A stretch of 51,556 nucleotides of DNA, taken from a virus (Duplodnaviria > Caudoviricetes). The stretch's first letter is position 1. Every line of letters begins with the position of its first letter. Below, piece by piece: positions 17,658 to 27,111 of the stretch. The translations under genes and the position numbers were made by a program. The notes under the pieces were generated by a model. It saw nothing but the letters and a program-made list of their open reading frames with translations, searched no databases and was not told the origin of the DNA. The stretch is taken from the IMG/VR virus record IMGVR_UViG_3300017766_001463, positions 1 through 51,556 of that record; one strand, 5' to 3'.

Positions 17658-20224
17658 GCGGCGGAACAACCCAGACACAGACCAACAGCATCTCCCCTTG
17701 GATGGAGGAGGCAGCTAAGTCGCAGCTTGGCAAAGCCACGGCCCTAACCGACATTAACCAAAACCCGTACAAGCAGTACGAAGGCCAGCGCATTGCGGAG
17801 TTCAACCCGATGCAGCAGCAATATTTCCAAGGCGTGCAGAACCTGCAAGGCTCCGGGGCTATTGGTCAGGGTATTGGCGCTGCCGGTGAGGCAACGCAGC
17901 GAGCCCTCGGCACTTCGTACAACCCCTACCAGACAGGTCAGTTTGGCGCTCAGGCTGGTCAGTACATGGACCCCTACATGCAGAATGTGGTGGACATCCA
18001 GCAGCGCGAAGCCCAGCGTCAAGCCGACATTGCTCGTACTCAAACCAATGCACAAGCCGTGAAGTCTGGTGCGTTTGGCGGTGGCCGTCAGGCCATTGTG
18101 GATGCCGAAGCCGCTCGTAATTTGGCCACCCAAAAGGGCGACATTCAGGCTCGCGGCTTGCAAGACGCATACTCCCGCGCACAGCAGCAGTTCAACACCG
18201 AGCAACAACTTGGCGAGCAGTCTCGCCAGTACGGCGCAGGTCTTGGCATGCAAGGGTTGCAGACAGCTTTGTCTGGCGCGTCTCAATTGGGCGGCTTGGG
18301 CTCGACCCAATTCGGTCAGCAAAAAGATGTCCTTGGTCTGCAAAGCGTTGCAGGCGCACAACAGCAAGCGCAAGAACAAGCCAAGCTGTCGCAGGGCTAC
18401 GAGGACTTCCTCGCCAAAGAGAAGTACCCCTACCAGCAGTTGGAGTTCATGTCCAACATCATGCGCGGCACGCCATACGGCACAACCACCTCCATGTACA
18501 GCCCCGGCCCGTCTACAGGTTCGACACTGCTCGGTGCTGGCACATCGCTGGCTGGCGCGGCCATGCTCGGCGGCTGGAAGCCTTGGACAGGCAAATCAGG
18601 CGGTTTGGCTGACGCATACGCTGCTGGCGGTAGTGTTGACAGCCCCGATAACGTGCAGTCGATCGCAGACAACCTGTCAGACGCGCAGCTCCAGCAAGCA
18701 GCCGTCATGGCGCAAGCTAGGGGCGACAAAGAGCAAGCCGACATCATCCAGCAAGAGATGGCCTCCCGCGCCGCTTTGCGCAGTGGTGCACCGGTTATGC
18801 CAGAAGACCAAGGTATCGGCCAGCTCCCAGCCGGGGATATGAACTACGCCAACGGCGGCATCATTGCGTTTGCTGACGGCGGTGATGTTGAGCGTTATCA
18901 GGCAGGGGGTATGCCGTACAACCCGTACGCCTATGGGTACAGCCCTCTGTCTGCGGAACAACAAGCAGCCGTCAAGGCTCGGGCTACAACGCCCCAGCTC
19001 ACATCCATGACGCGAGATCTCGTGGCACAGGCCAAGTTCAAACAGATGAACGGTTTGCCTCTGCTGCCCGAAGAAAAAGTTGCGCTGCAAAGCCCAACAG
19101 TGGCGGCACCTGCTGCGGCCCCCGCCGCCGTATCAACACCAGAGCAAAGAGCTGCAATGGCTGCTAAAGCCAGCGCGTCTCCTTACGTGTCGGCCCCAAA
19201 GTCCGCTGAAGAGACCGCTTTACTCAGTCGTTTCCCCACCACTAAACCGGTAGCTAAGGCGGAAGGCATCGCGCAGGTTGCCCCCGCAACAAAAACGGCT
19301 GGCGCTGCTCCAGCAGGCCTGAGCATGGCTAACGACCTTGCCCGTATGGACGTGGACAAGCTGACTACTGACGCGTTGAAGGCGGCTGAGAAGCAACCCA
19401 ACCCGTTTGCCAAAGAGATTGAAGCCGTTGGCGCAGATAAAGTGGCCGCAAAACAAGCAGAAGTCACGGGCCTTGAAGCTATTCAAAAGCAGTTCAGCGA
19501 CATCTTCAAAGGCCGCAAAGAGCGCCTTGACACCAAACAAGGCGAGATCGACAAGATGGGCAACCAGAGCTTGGGGCTGTCTTTGCTTCAGGCTGGCGCA
19601 GCCATGATGAGCACCCCCGGCGGTCTTGGCATGGCGTTGGGTAAGGGCGTAGATGTCGGCACCAAGCAGTACGCCGCAGGCCTTGACAAGATCAACGCCG
19701 CTAAAGAGAAGCTGGCCGATGCCCGTGACCGTCTGGAGGAGATCGAGGCGCAGCGCGGTGAGTTGTCTGCCCGCGAGATGTTCAAGGCTAAAAACGAGGT
19801 TAAAAATACGCAGATCAGTGCCAAGGAAGACCTCATCAAAGCCAACATGCAGATGTACAACGTCAACCGCGAAACCGCGCTCAAGATGGTGGACAGCAAA
19901 ATCAAAGTGGCATCGACTGTCTACGAACAACAGCAAGCAAACGCCCGCTCTGCAGCCCAGATTGCAGCGTCCAAGAACAGCCAGTTGGAGTTGCTCCGTG
20001 CTGTTCAGGCCGACCCCAAGTTGGCGGACGCATACCGCGCCCTGCACGGCAAAGGCGTGGATGTCATGGGCGAGTACAACGACTACTTGAAGGCAAACCC
20101 AATGCTGGCGGCAGACCCGAAAGCGGCCATGACCCAGTTCTTGATGACAAAATCTGTGTTCTCGCAACTTGGCGGCGGTACTGTTACGGACAAACCATCG
20201 ACAAAACTGCGCACACAGCCGTAA
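17654..20224 (+). CDS. Internal virion / DNA ejection protein
   Basis: 856 aa, Q/A-rich helical; YMDPYMQNVV, GAFGG.RQ, YPYQQL motifs. Confidence 0.65.
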   Translation: MSGGTTQTQTNSISPWMEEAAKSQLGKATALTDINQNPYKQYEGQRIAEFNPMQQQYFQGVQNLQGSGAIGQGIGAAGEATQRALGTSYNPYQTGQFGAQAGQYMDPYMQNVVDIQQREAQRQADIARTQTNAQAVKSGAFGGGRQAIVDAEAARNLATQKGDIQARGLQDAYSRAQQQFNTEQQLGEQSRQYGAGLGMQGLQTALSGASQLGGLGSTQFGQQKDVLGLQSVAGAQQQAQEQAKLSQGYEDFLAKEKYPYQQLEFMSNIMRGTPYGTTTSMYSPGPSTGSTLLGAGTSLAGAAMLGGWKPWTGKSGGLADAYAAGGSVDSPDNVQSIADNLSDAQLQQAAVMAQARGDKEQADIIQQEMASRAALRSGAPVMPEDQGIGQLPAGDMNYANGGIIAFADGGDVERYQAGGMPYNPYAYGYSPLSAEQQAAVKARATTPQLTSMTRDLVAQAKFKQMNGLPLLPEEKVALQSPTVAAPAAAPAAVSTPEQRAAMAAKASASPYVSAPKSAEETALLSRFPTTKPVAKAEGIAQVAPATKTAGAAPAGLSMANDLARMDVDKLTTDALKAAEKQPNPFAKEIEAVGADKVAAKQAEVTGLEAIQKQFSDIFKGRKERLDTKQGEIDKMGNQSLGLSLLQAGAAMMSTPGGLGMALGKGVDVGTKQYAAGLDKINAAKEKLADARDRLEEIEAQRGELSAREMFKAKNEVKNTQISAKEDLIKANMQMYNVNRETALKMVDSKIKVASTVYEQQQANARSAAQIAASKNSQLELLRAVQADPKLADAYRALHGKGVDVMGEYNDYLKANPMLAADPKAAMTQFLMTKSVFSQLGGGTVTDKPSTKLRTQP

Positions 20225-20275
20225 AATACGGGCCACGCCCACGTTGTGGGCGCATCACAATTCGGAACAAGTGCT

Positions 20276-23200
20276 ATGGCCAAATATCTGACCCTCCCCG
20301 ACGGTTCTTCGTTTCAAATGAAGGAGGGGCAGAGCCCCGCCGAAGCCATGCAGGTGGCGATCCAGCTATACCCGGACGCGTTTGGGTTTGGTCAAGCCGC
20401 CCCCACGCAGGACACCAAGGGTTTCAAAGCTGCCGCAGCTGCAGGCTTTGAGCGTCTGAAGGGCGAGACAGCGCTTACTGCCGGTAAGCTGGGCCTGATG
20501 GACACCGCTGCCGCCGAGCAGTACCAGAAAGAAAAAGAAGCTGCTGCTCAAAAGCGCTTCACCCCCACCGAAGAAGGCTGGACCGAAGCCCCGTTCCAGA
20601 AGTTCAAAGAGACTCTTGGCGGCTCTGTCCCCTACATGTTGGCCCCTGCTGCCGCAGGTTTAGCCGCCGTTGCCGCTCCAGTATCCGCCCCGGTTGCTGC
20701 TGGCCTTGGCTTGGTTGGCGCTGGCGCTTTGTCCGCTGGGCAGTTCACGGGTACCAACTTGGCCCGTCAGATGGATACCGGCAAGACGCTGGAACAAACG
20801 AGCCTAAGTTCGGCTGTGGGCGCTGCCCTTCCCCAAGCTGCGCTTGATACCGCTGCTATGGCGTTGCTGCCCGGTGTGGGTAAACTGTTCGGTTCCGTGG
20901 GCTCCAAGCTGACCACTGAGCAAGCCCGTGCTATTGCCAGCCAGACGCTGGGCAAAGCTGCAATGGACTACACCGCCAAGACCGGTTTGGCTATGGGCCG
21001 CGAAGGTTTGACCGAGACCGTGCAGCAGGTTCTGGAGCGTGTGCAAGCAGGTTTGGCCATCGACGACCCAGAAGCACGCAAAGAATACATTGACAGTTTT
21101 ATCGGCGGCTCAGTCCTTGCAGGTGCGGGTGCACCCATCGGTCGTGCTTTTGAGCGCAGCGGTGCCAAGGCGCAAGTGCGCGAAGCGGATGCCCAAGAGC
21201 AGGCCAAAGCAGCAGCCGAGGCCGAAGCTGCCAAGAACCAGCCAGATGCCTTGCGCAAACTCAGCGCCGACTTCAGTGCTGCGGAAGAACAACGCAAATC
21301 GTTGCAAGCTGCGGTGGATGCCGCCAAGCCCAAGAAAGGCTCGACTGAAGAAGAACGCGCCAAGTACGACGAGCTTAAAAAAGCCCGTGACGAGTTCATC
21401 AGCGGCACTTACAAACCCCTGCGCCAAGAGTTCACCAAGCGCAAAGACGCGATTGCCCAGCTCGATGTAGACCGCCAGACAGCGTTGGAGGTCGAGACTG
21501 CCGCCGGACAAGAAGCTGCTAAAGCGCCAATCCCAACTGACGAGCCCAAGCTCGACGTGCAAAAGCTGATGCTTGAGCAAGACACCCTGCGCCAGCAGAT
21601 GTCGCAGTTGGAGTCACAGCTTGGCCAAGCCGATCCATCGCAGTTTGATGCCTTGAACGCACAACGGCAAGACCTGCAACGCCGCATTGATGCTCGCGCT
21701 ACCCTGATCGAAGAGCGTGGTGGTTCCCCGCTGGCGCAGCAAGAGTTTGAGCAGGCCACTGCCGCCAAGATGCAGGCGCTTGACACCAAGCTGGAGCAGC
21801 TTGGGTCGACGTACAAGACTGCTTTGGAAAACAAAGACTACGACGCAGCCGCAAAAGCCAAAGATGGCCTGCTCAGTTTGCGCCAAGAACGCGAAGCACT
21901 GACCGCCAAGACAGCGCAGCAAATGCAGGCGCTGCAAGAAAAGCAAGCAGGCTTGACTCAGCGCGGCCAGACTCGTGATCTGTTTGCAGAAGCCCCAGCC
22001 CCGACTACAACTGCGGTGGACGAGGAGCTCAAAAAGCAGACGCTTGAGGAAGAAAAAGCCCGTGGTCTGTACGGCCCTGCGTCAAAAAGAGAATCTGCCG
22101 AGCAAGCCTTTGGCGAAGCAACGGTTGGCCCTCGCGGTCAACTGGAGCCCACTACGCCAATGCCTGACCTCAAAGCACAGACAGGTATCAAGCCCAAGCA
22201 GCTTGAGTTGGTGGGGGAGACAGAAGAGAAAGTTTCCGCTGCGGAGACTGCGCTGGCCGATGCGGCCAAGACCAAAGACACCGACGCTATCTACGCCGCC
22301 GTGGATGCGTTGAACCAAGCCAAGGGTGAGACTGCACGGGCGCAGGGTGAAGTTGGGCGTGGGTTGTTCCGCCCAGTGGTGCTGGACTTGTTCAGCCCTG
22401 CCAACATCATCAATACCGCTATCAAAAACAACGACACCAAGCTCATCAACGATCTGGCTACGCATGCCCAAACAACAGCACTGCGCACGGCACTGGATAA
22501 AAATCTGAGCGAGCGCGAGAAACTCGTGCGTCTGTTGGACAGCCGCCTTGACTTGGGTGGTGATGAGAAAGCCAGCACTGGCGAGCGCCTGCAAAGCGTC
22601 AAGCGCGAACGCGCCGACCTGTTCTCTCAGCAGTACGATGCCAAACAGCAAGCCCTGTTTAAAAACGGCACCTACCCCGACCGAGAACTGCAAGCGCTGT
22701 ACGACAAAGGTGGTCCTTCTGCTGTTGAGTACGAGAACGTCATGCGGGCGGTGGAGGAGCTGTCCAAGAAAGTTACCGCCAAGCAAGGTAACGCCAAGCA
22801 GTCTTTGTACGAGCAACTCGTTGACTTGGCAGCACAGCACGAACGCCTTGTGGCTCAGATGGAGTCCGGTATGGCCGCTCCAACCATGCGCGAGAAAGTT
22901 GCTGGCGCACAGGCCAAGCTGGGCAAAGGCGAAGCCCCAGCAGCACGCGAGATGGATGCTGCTGAGAAGTACCAACTGCAGCGCCGGATTGATGCGCTGG
23001 TCAACAAGTACCGTCTGGTAGAGGGCAAGATCGCGCCCGTCCGCGATCAGATTACCAAGTTGTACGCAAGTTTGTACAAAACCACACCCCTTGAGAAACC
23101 TAGCGTTATTGCTGAACGCAAAGAGCGCGAAGCAGAAGCTGCGGCTAAAGGTCCCAAAGCAGTGTCTCGTACAGCCAAGACCGCAGCACGTATTGCCAAA

Positions 23201-26200
23201 GGCGATGTGCGCAAAGAAGCCGAGACCTCACAGAAGATGCGCGATCTGGCGCTCAACTTGGGTCAGGAAGAAGCGGAGTACCAGAAGTTTTATAAAGAAC
23301 AAACAGACCGTTACGCCAAGCTGAAAGAAAAATACGGCAAAAACGACCCCGCTGTGGCCAAGTTCCAGCGAGAAATGGCCGAAGCCCTAAACGACAAAGC
23401 CATCGAGATCGGTAAGAAAACACCCGAGTACAAGGCCACGCTGAAAGAGCAGATCGAGTACGTCAAAGGCGCACTGTCTCAAAGCAAGCAAACCATTCCG
23501 ACTAAACGCACGGGGCAAGTTACGCGCAAGCAGACCGCTGCGCCACGTCGTTTGGTTTCTTCCTCCCCTGAGAGCCGTGCCGAGTCCGAGGCCGAAGCTC
23601 TGCGCTTGAAGCGCCGCGCATTTAAAGAAGCCCAAGAAGCGCTGGACTCCGAGAAAACCGGCACTGCCTACCGCCTGAAAGAAGGCGATGCAGACACCGT
23701 GGTCGATGCTGCCGAAGCACAGAAAGTCATTGACGGGTTGAACCTGCCAGACAACGTGAAGTTTGTGTACGCGCCCACAGCGCGGCAAGTTCCGATCAAG
23801 CTGCTCAACCTGATGGCCAAAGACGGTATCGACGCAGTGGACGGCGTTGTGCGTGGTGCTGTGTTCCCTGACGGCACTGTGCTGGTAGTGGGCGATCAAC
23901 ACGCCAACGTCAAGGACTTGGAAGAAACAATTGCCCACGAGTTGATCGGCCACTACGGCGTGGATACCGTGATCGGCATGGACCAACTCAACGCCTTTGC
24001 CAAGAAGACCGACGTGATTGCGCTGGCTGAACAGCTTGGTGGCAAAGAGCTTGTCTCTGAAGTCCTGAGTACCGTCAAAGCCAACGCCGCCCTTGGTCGC
24101 AGCGAAGAAGTGCAAAAGCTCCAAGCCCTGCGCGAAATCATTGCGCACACTGAGGAAGCCCGTGTCACAGAAGCGTTCCGTGAAAAGGCTGGCCGCTGGC
24201 TTAAAGAGTTGGTAGGTATGGTCCGCGCAGGTCTGCGCAAGCTGGGCCTGAAGAATATGGCAGCACTGTCCACATCGGACGTGTTCTACATGCTCAAGCA
24301 GTCTCGCAAAGAGTTTGCCAACAAGACGATTGGCCCATACCGGTCGGCTGACGGCGGCGTTGCATTCCGTCTGCGCAAAGAACCGAGCCCCTACACCACT
24401 ATTGGCGCAGAGCCAAGCGCAGCAAACCAGTTGGTGGGTAACCTGATGGGCCTTGCTGGTCGCGTTCAGTACGTGGACCAGTACGCAGCTCTCGATGCCG
24501 CTACTAAGAAGGGCTTGAGCGCCGGGGTAATCAGTGGCTTGGAAGCCACGAACATCAACTACCTGTTGCGCTTTGGCCAGCAGCGTAGCCAGTTTGCTGG
24601 GCAGTTCCTGACCAACGGCCCGGTCAAGGCCGAGCACGTCAAGAAGAATGGCGGCGTGGAAACAATCTACCGCAGCACCAAAGGCACGTCGATGGTTGAC
24701 GTGGCCCAAGCCTTGAACAAAGCCAAGATCGGTACTGACACCGAGCAAGAAGCGATGTTCACGCTGTACATGGCGGGCAAGCGTGCCAACCAAGTGGGTT
24801 GGAACAAGCTCAACGTGAAAGACCCGGCCAAAGCACAGGCCGAGTACAACGACGTGATGGCGCGTCTGAGCACCAACAAACAGGCAGAGGACGCGTTCAA
24901 AGAAGCTGCCACGCTGTACAAAGAGTACAACGCAGGCTTGATGGACTTCCTTGTCGATACTGGCGCACTGCCCGCTAAGAAAGCTGCGGAGTTGAAAGCA
25001 ATCGACTACGTGCCTTTCTACCGTATCAACGGCAACGGCGAAGTGCAATTGATGATTGACAAAGAGCGCCCAGTCCGCATTGCCAACATCAAGGACCAGC
25101 CACAGCTCAAGGAGTTGGTGGGCGGCAACGACGCTATCTTGCCAATCTTTACCAGCGCAGCGCAGAACACCTTCATGATTACTGGCATGGGCCTGCGCAA
25201 CCAAGCGGTGAAGGAGACTTCCTTCATGTTGCAAAAGCTCGGTATTGCCAGCCGCGTGTCTGCGGGTAACGGCCCTGCTGGTGACAACGTTGTGCGCTTT
25301 ATGAAGAACGGCGAGCAGTACTACGCGCTGGTCGACACTGACGCATACGGTATCCCCGCTGAGTTGATTGTGCGCGGCATGGAAGGCATCAAGACCACGC
25401 TGCCTGCCGTCATCAAACTGCTGGGTATCCCTGCCAACATCCTGCGCTCCTTCGTTGTGCGCAACCCGACCTACGCTGTGCGCCAGATCATCCGTGATCC
25501 TTTGAACGCTTGGCTGACCACCGGCACTGACGCTACGCCTATCTTGTCGTCCATGAAAGAGCTGGCCAGTATGGTCGCGGGCCGCAGTGACGCAGAGCGC
25601 AAGCTCATGGAAACAGGCGCTATCAGCAGCAACGTGTACAGCGGCGATGAGCAAGACATGGCCAAGTTCTTGAAGGACATGTCGGCAGGCAAGTCCGGTT
25701 GGGACAAAGCCGTTGCAAAGCTCGACACCTTCGCGCTCCAAGGCGACGCTGCTACCCGCGCGGTGATCTACAAGGACTCGCTGGCCAAGGGCATGACTGA
25801 GCAAGAAGCTCTGCTGCGCACACTGGAGTCGATGAACTTTAGCCGCCGTGGCGTGTCCCCAAGCATGCAGGCGCTGTCTACCCTCATCCCGTTCTTCAAC
25901 GCACAGATTCAAGGTCTGGACGTGATTTACCGGGCGTTCAAGGGCGACATGCCGTACAGCCAGCAGCTCGATATTCGAGCCAAGATGCTGCGCCGTGGTC
26001 TGTTGATGGCCGCAGGCACTGTTGCCTACGCCATGATGATGGAAGACGACGAAGCCTACAAACGCGCCAAGCCTGAAGAGCGCTTGGCCAACTGGTTCGT
26101 ATATGTGCCCGGTATCGACGAGCCTGTGCGTGTGCCAATCCCATTTGAAATGGGCTTCTTGTTCAAGGCGCTGCCAGAGGCGGTGTACAACATGGCCACG

Positions 26201-26923
26201 CAAGACGACAAAGCTGGCGCTGCCGTCAGCGGTCTGTCCAAGCTGGCGCTGCAAACCGTACCGTTGAGCTTGCCACAAGCCGTTAAGCCGCTGACAGAGG
26301 CGATGCTGGGCAAATCGTTCTACAGCGGCGACATCGAGTCCACCCGTGAGAAGAACGTGCTGGCAACGCAGCGCTACCGTGACAACTCCACCGAAGTGGC
26401 CAAGACCATTGGCGCGGTTACAGGCAATGTGGGCATCAGCCCAATCACCATCGACTACCTGATTCGCGGATATACCGGCGGTCTCGGTGTTGCATTGGTG
26501 CAGCTTGCAAACCCGCTACTGGCGTCCGACACCAAGGCAGACGTTGCGCAGCCCACAACCAAGATCAGCAAGACGCCGTTCATCGGCGGTTTGTTCCAGC
26601 CTGTCGAGGGCCGGGGTACTTTGGACGAAGCGTATGACCGCATGAAAGAGATTCAGCAGGTCAAAGGCACGTTCAACGATCTGGTGGAAAAGGGCAAGCG
26701 AGCCGAGGCGATGGCGTTTGCACAAGAGTACTCAGAGAAGCTGGCCGCAGCGTCGATCTCGGGCAGCGTACAGAAACGACTGGGTGAACTGGCAGCGCTT
26801 GAGCGTCAGGTCAAGGCAAGTCCTACGCTGACCACTGAGCAGAAAGACGCACAGTTGGAACGCCTCGACAAGCTCAAGGTTGCGCTTGCAACCCAACTGC
26901 TGACGGTAAGCAATCAGCGATAA
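20276..26923 (+). CDS. Giant polyvalent internal virion protein (zincin-like HExxxH motif; LPD38-like C-terminus)
   Basis: ~2215 aa from ATG 20276; TIAHELIGHYG; IPFFNAQIQG and R.PIPFEMG.LFK..PE motifs. Confidence 0.7.
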   Translation: MAKYLTLPDGSSFQMKEGQSPAEAMQVAIQLYPDAFGFGQAAPTQDTKGFKAAAAAGFERLKGETALTAGKLGLMDTAAAEQYQKEKEAAAQKRFTPTEEGWTEAPFQKFKETLGGSVPYMLAPAAAGLAAVAAPVSAPVAAGLGLVGAGALSAGQFTGTNLARQMDTGKTLEQTSLSSAVGAALPQAALDTAAMALLPGVGKLFGSVGSKLTTEQARAIASQTLGKAAMDYTAKTGLAMGREGLTETVQQVLERVQAGLAIDDPEARKEYIDSFIGGSVLAGAGAPIGRAFERSGAKAQVREADAQEQAKAAAEAEAAKNQPDALRKLSADFSAAEEQRKSLQAAVDAAKPKKGSTEEERAKYDELKKARDEFISGTYKPLRQEFTKRKDAIAQLDVDRQTALEVETAAGQEAAKAPIPTDEPKLDVQKLMLEQDTLRQQMSQLESQLGQADPSQFDALNAQRQDLQRRIDARATLIEERGGSPLAQQEFEQATAAKMQALDTKLEQLGSTYKTALENKDYDAAAKAKDGLLSLRQEREALTAKTAQQMQALQEKQAGLTQRGQTRDLFAEAPAPTTTAVDEELKKQTLEEEKARGLYGPASKRESAEQAFGEATVGPRGQLEPTTPMPDLKAQTGIKPKQLELVGETEEKVSAAETALADAAKTKDTDAIYAAVDALNQAKGETARAQGEVGRGLFRPVVLDLFSPANIINTAIKNNDTKLINDLATHAQTTALRTALDKNLSEREKLVRLLDSRLDLGGDEKASTGERLQSVKRERADLFSQQYDAKQQALFKNGTYPDRELQALYDKGGPSAVEYENVMRAVEELSKKVTAKQGNAKQSLYEQLVDLAAQHERLVAQMESGMAAPTMREKVAGAQAKLGKGEAPAAREMDAAEKYQLQRRIDALVNKYRLVEGKIAPVRDQITKLYASLYKTTPLEKPSVIAERKEREAEAAAKGPKAVSRTAKTAARIAKGDVRKEAETSQKMRDLALNLGQEEAEYQKFYKEQTDRYAKLKEKYGKNDPAVAKFQREMAEALNDKAIEIGKKTPEYKATLKEQIEYVKGALSQSKQTIPTKRTGQVTRKQTAAPRRLVSSSPESRAESEAEALRLKRRAFKEAQEALDSEKTGTAYRLKEGDADTVVDAAEAQKVIDGLNLPDNVKFVYAPTARQVPIKLLNLMAKDGIDAVDGVVRGAVFPDGTVLVVGDQHANVKDLEETIAHELIGHYGVDTVIGMDQLNAFAKKTDVIALAEQLGGKELVSEVLSTVKANAALGRSEEVQKLQALREIIAHTEEARVTEAFREKAGRWLKELVGMVRAGLRKLGLKNMAALSTSDVFYMLKQSRKEFANKTIGPYRSADGGVAFRLRKEPSPYTTIGAEPSAANQLVGNLMGLAGRVQYVDQYAALDAATKKGLSAGVISGLEATNINYLLRFGQQRSQFAGQFLTNGPVKAEHVKKNGGVETIYRSTKGTSMVDVAQALNKAKIGTDTEQEAMFTLYMAGKRANQVGWNKLNVKDPAKAQAEYNDVMARLSTNKQAEDAFKEAATLYKEYNAGLMDFLVDTGALPAKKAAELKAIDYVPFYRINGNGEVQLMIDKERPVRIANIKDQPQLKELVGGNDAILPIFTSAAQNTFMITGMGLRNQAVKETSFMLQKLGIASRVSAGNGPAGDNVVRFMKNGEQYYALVDTDAYGIPAELIVRGMEGIKTTLPAVIKLLGIPANILRSFVVRNPTYAVRQIIRDPLNAWLTTGTDATPILSSMKELASMVAGRSDAERKLMETGAISSNVYSGDEQDMAKFLKDMSAGKSGWDKAVAKLDTFALQGDAATRAVIYKDSLAKGMTEQEALLRTLESMNFSRRGVSPSMQALSTLIPFFNAQIQGLDVIYRAFKGDMPYSQQLDIRAKMLRRGLLMAAGTVAYAMMMEDDEAYKRAKPEERLANWFVYVPGIDEPVRVPIPFEMGFLFKALPEAVYNMATQDDKAGAAVSGLSKLALQTVPLSLPQAVKPLTEAMLGKSFYSGDIESTREKNVLATQRYRDNSTEVAKTIGAVTGNVGISPITIDYLIRGYTGGLGVALVQLANPLLASDTKADVAQPTTKISKTPFIGGLFQPVEGRGTLDEAYDRMKEIQQVKGTFNDLVEKGKRAEAMAFAQEYSEKLAAASISGSVQKRLGELAALERQVKASPTLTTEQKDAQLERLDKLKVALATQLLTVSNQR

Positions 26924-27111
26924 AACCAAACCCCGCTCATTCCTTTGTGGATGGCGGGGTAGGCTTTAGCGTCCAAGATGCGTAGGGGCAGGGCTGCATT
27001 GAGCCCTGCTCTCCTGACCTTTTCCGTGGCAACGCAAGGGACAAAGAACCCCTCGCCTTTCTTAATCCGGGCCCACGGAAACATTTTTGAGTATGTCGTC
27101 GTCGATGGCAT
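26914..27111 (-). CDS. Small hypothetical protein
   Basis: 65 aa, FPW....GEGFFVP motif; last gene of - block; start uncertain. Confidence 0.5.
   Translation of the reverse strand: MPSTTTYSKMFPWARIKKGEGFFVPCVATEKVRRAGLNAALPLRILDAKAYPAIHKGMSGVWFYR

Noticed and set aside
20237-20253. Hairpin CGCCCAC-GTT-GTGGGCG as a terminator
   Set aside because: No U-tract and single occurrence; function cannot be supported
23387-26278. 963-aa ORF on - strand (also 2791-3765 and 19220-20242)
   Set aside because: Antisense shadows of real + strand genes caused by codon bias; no recognisable motifs
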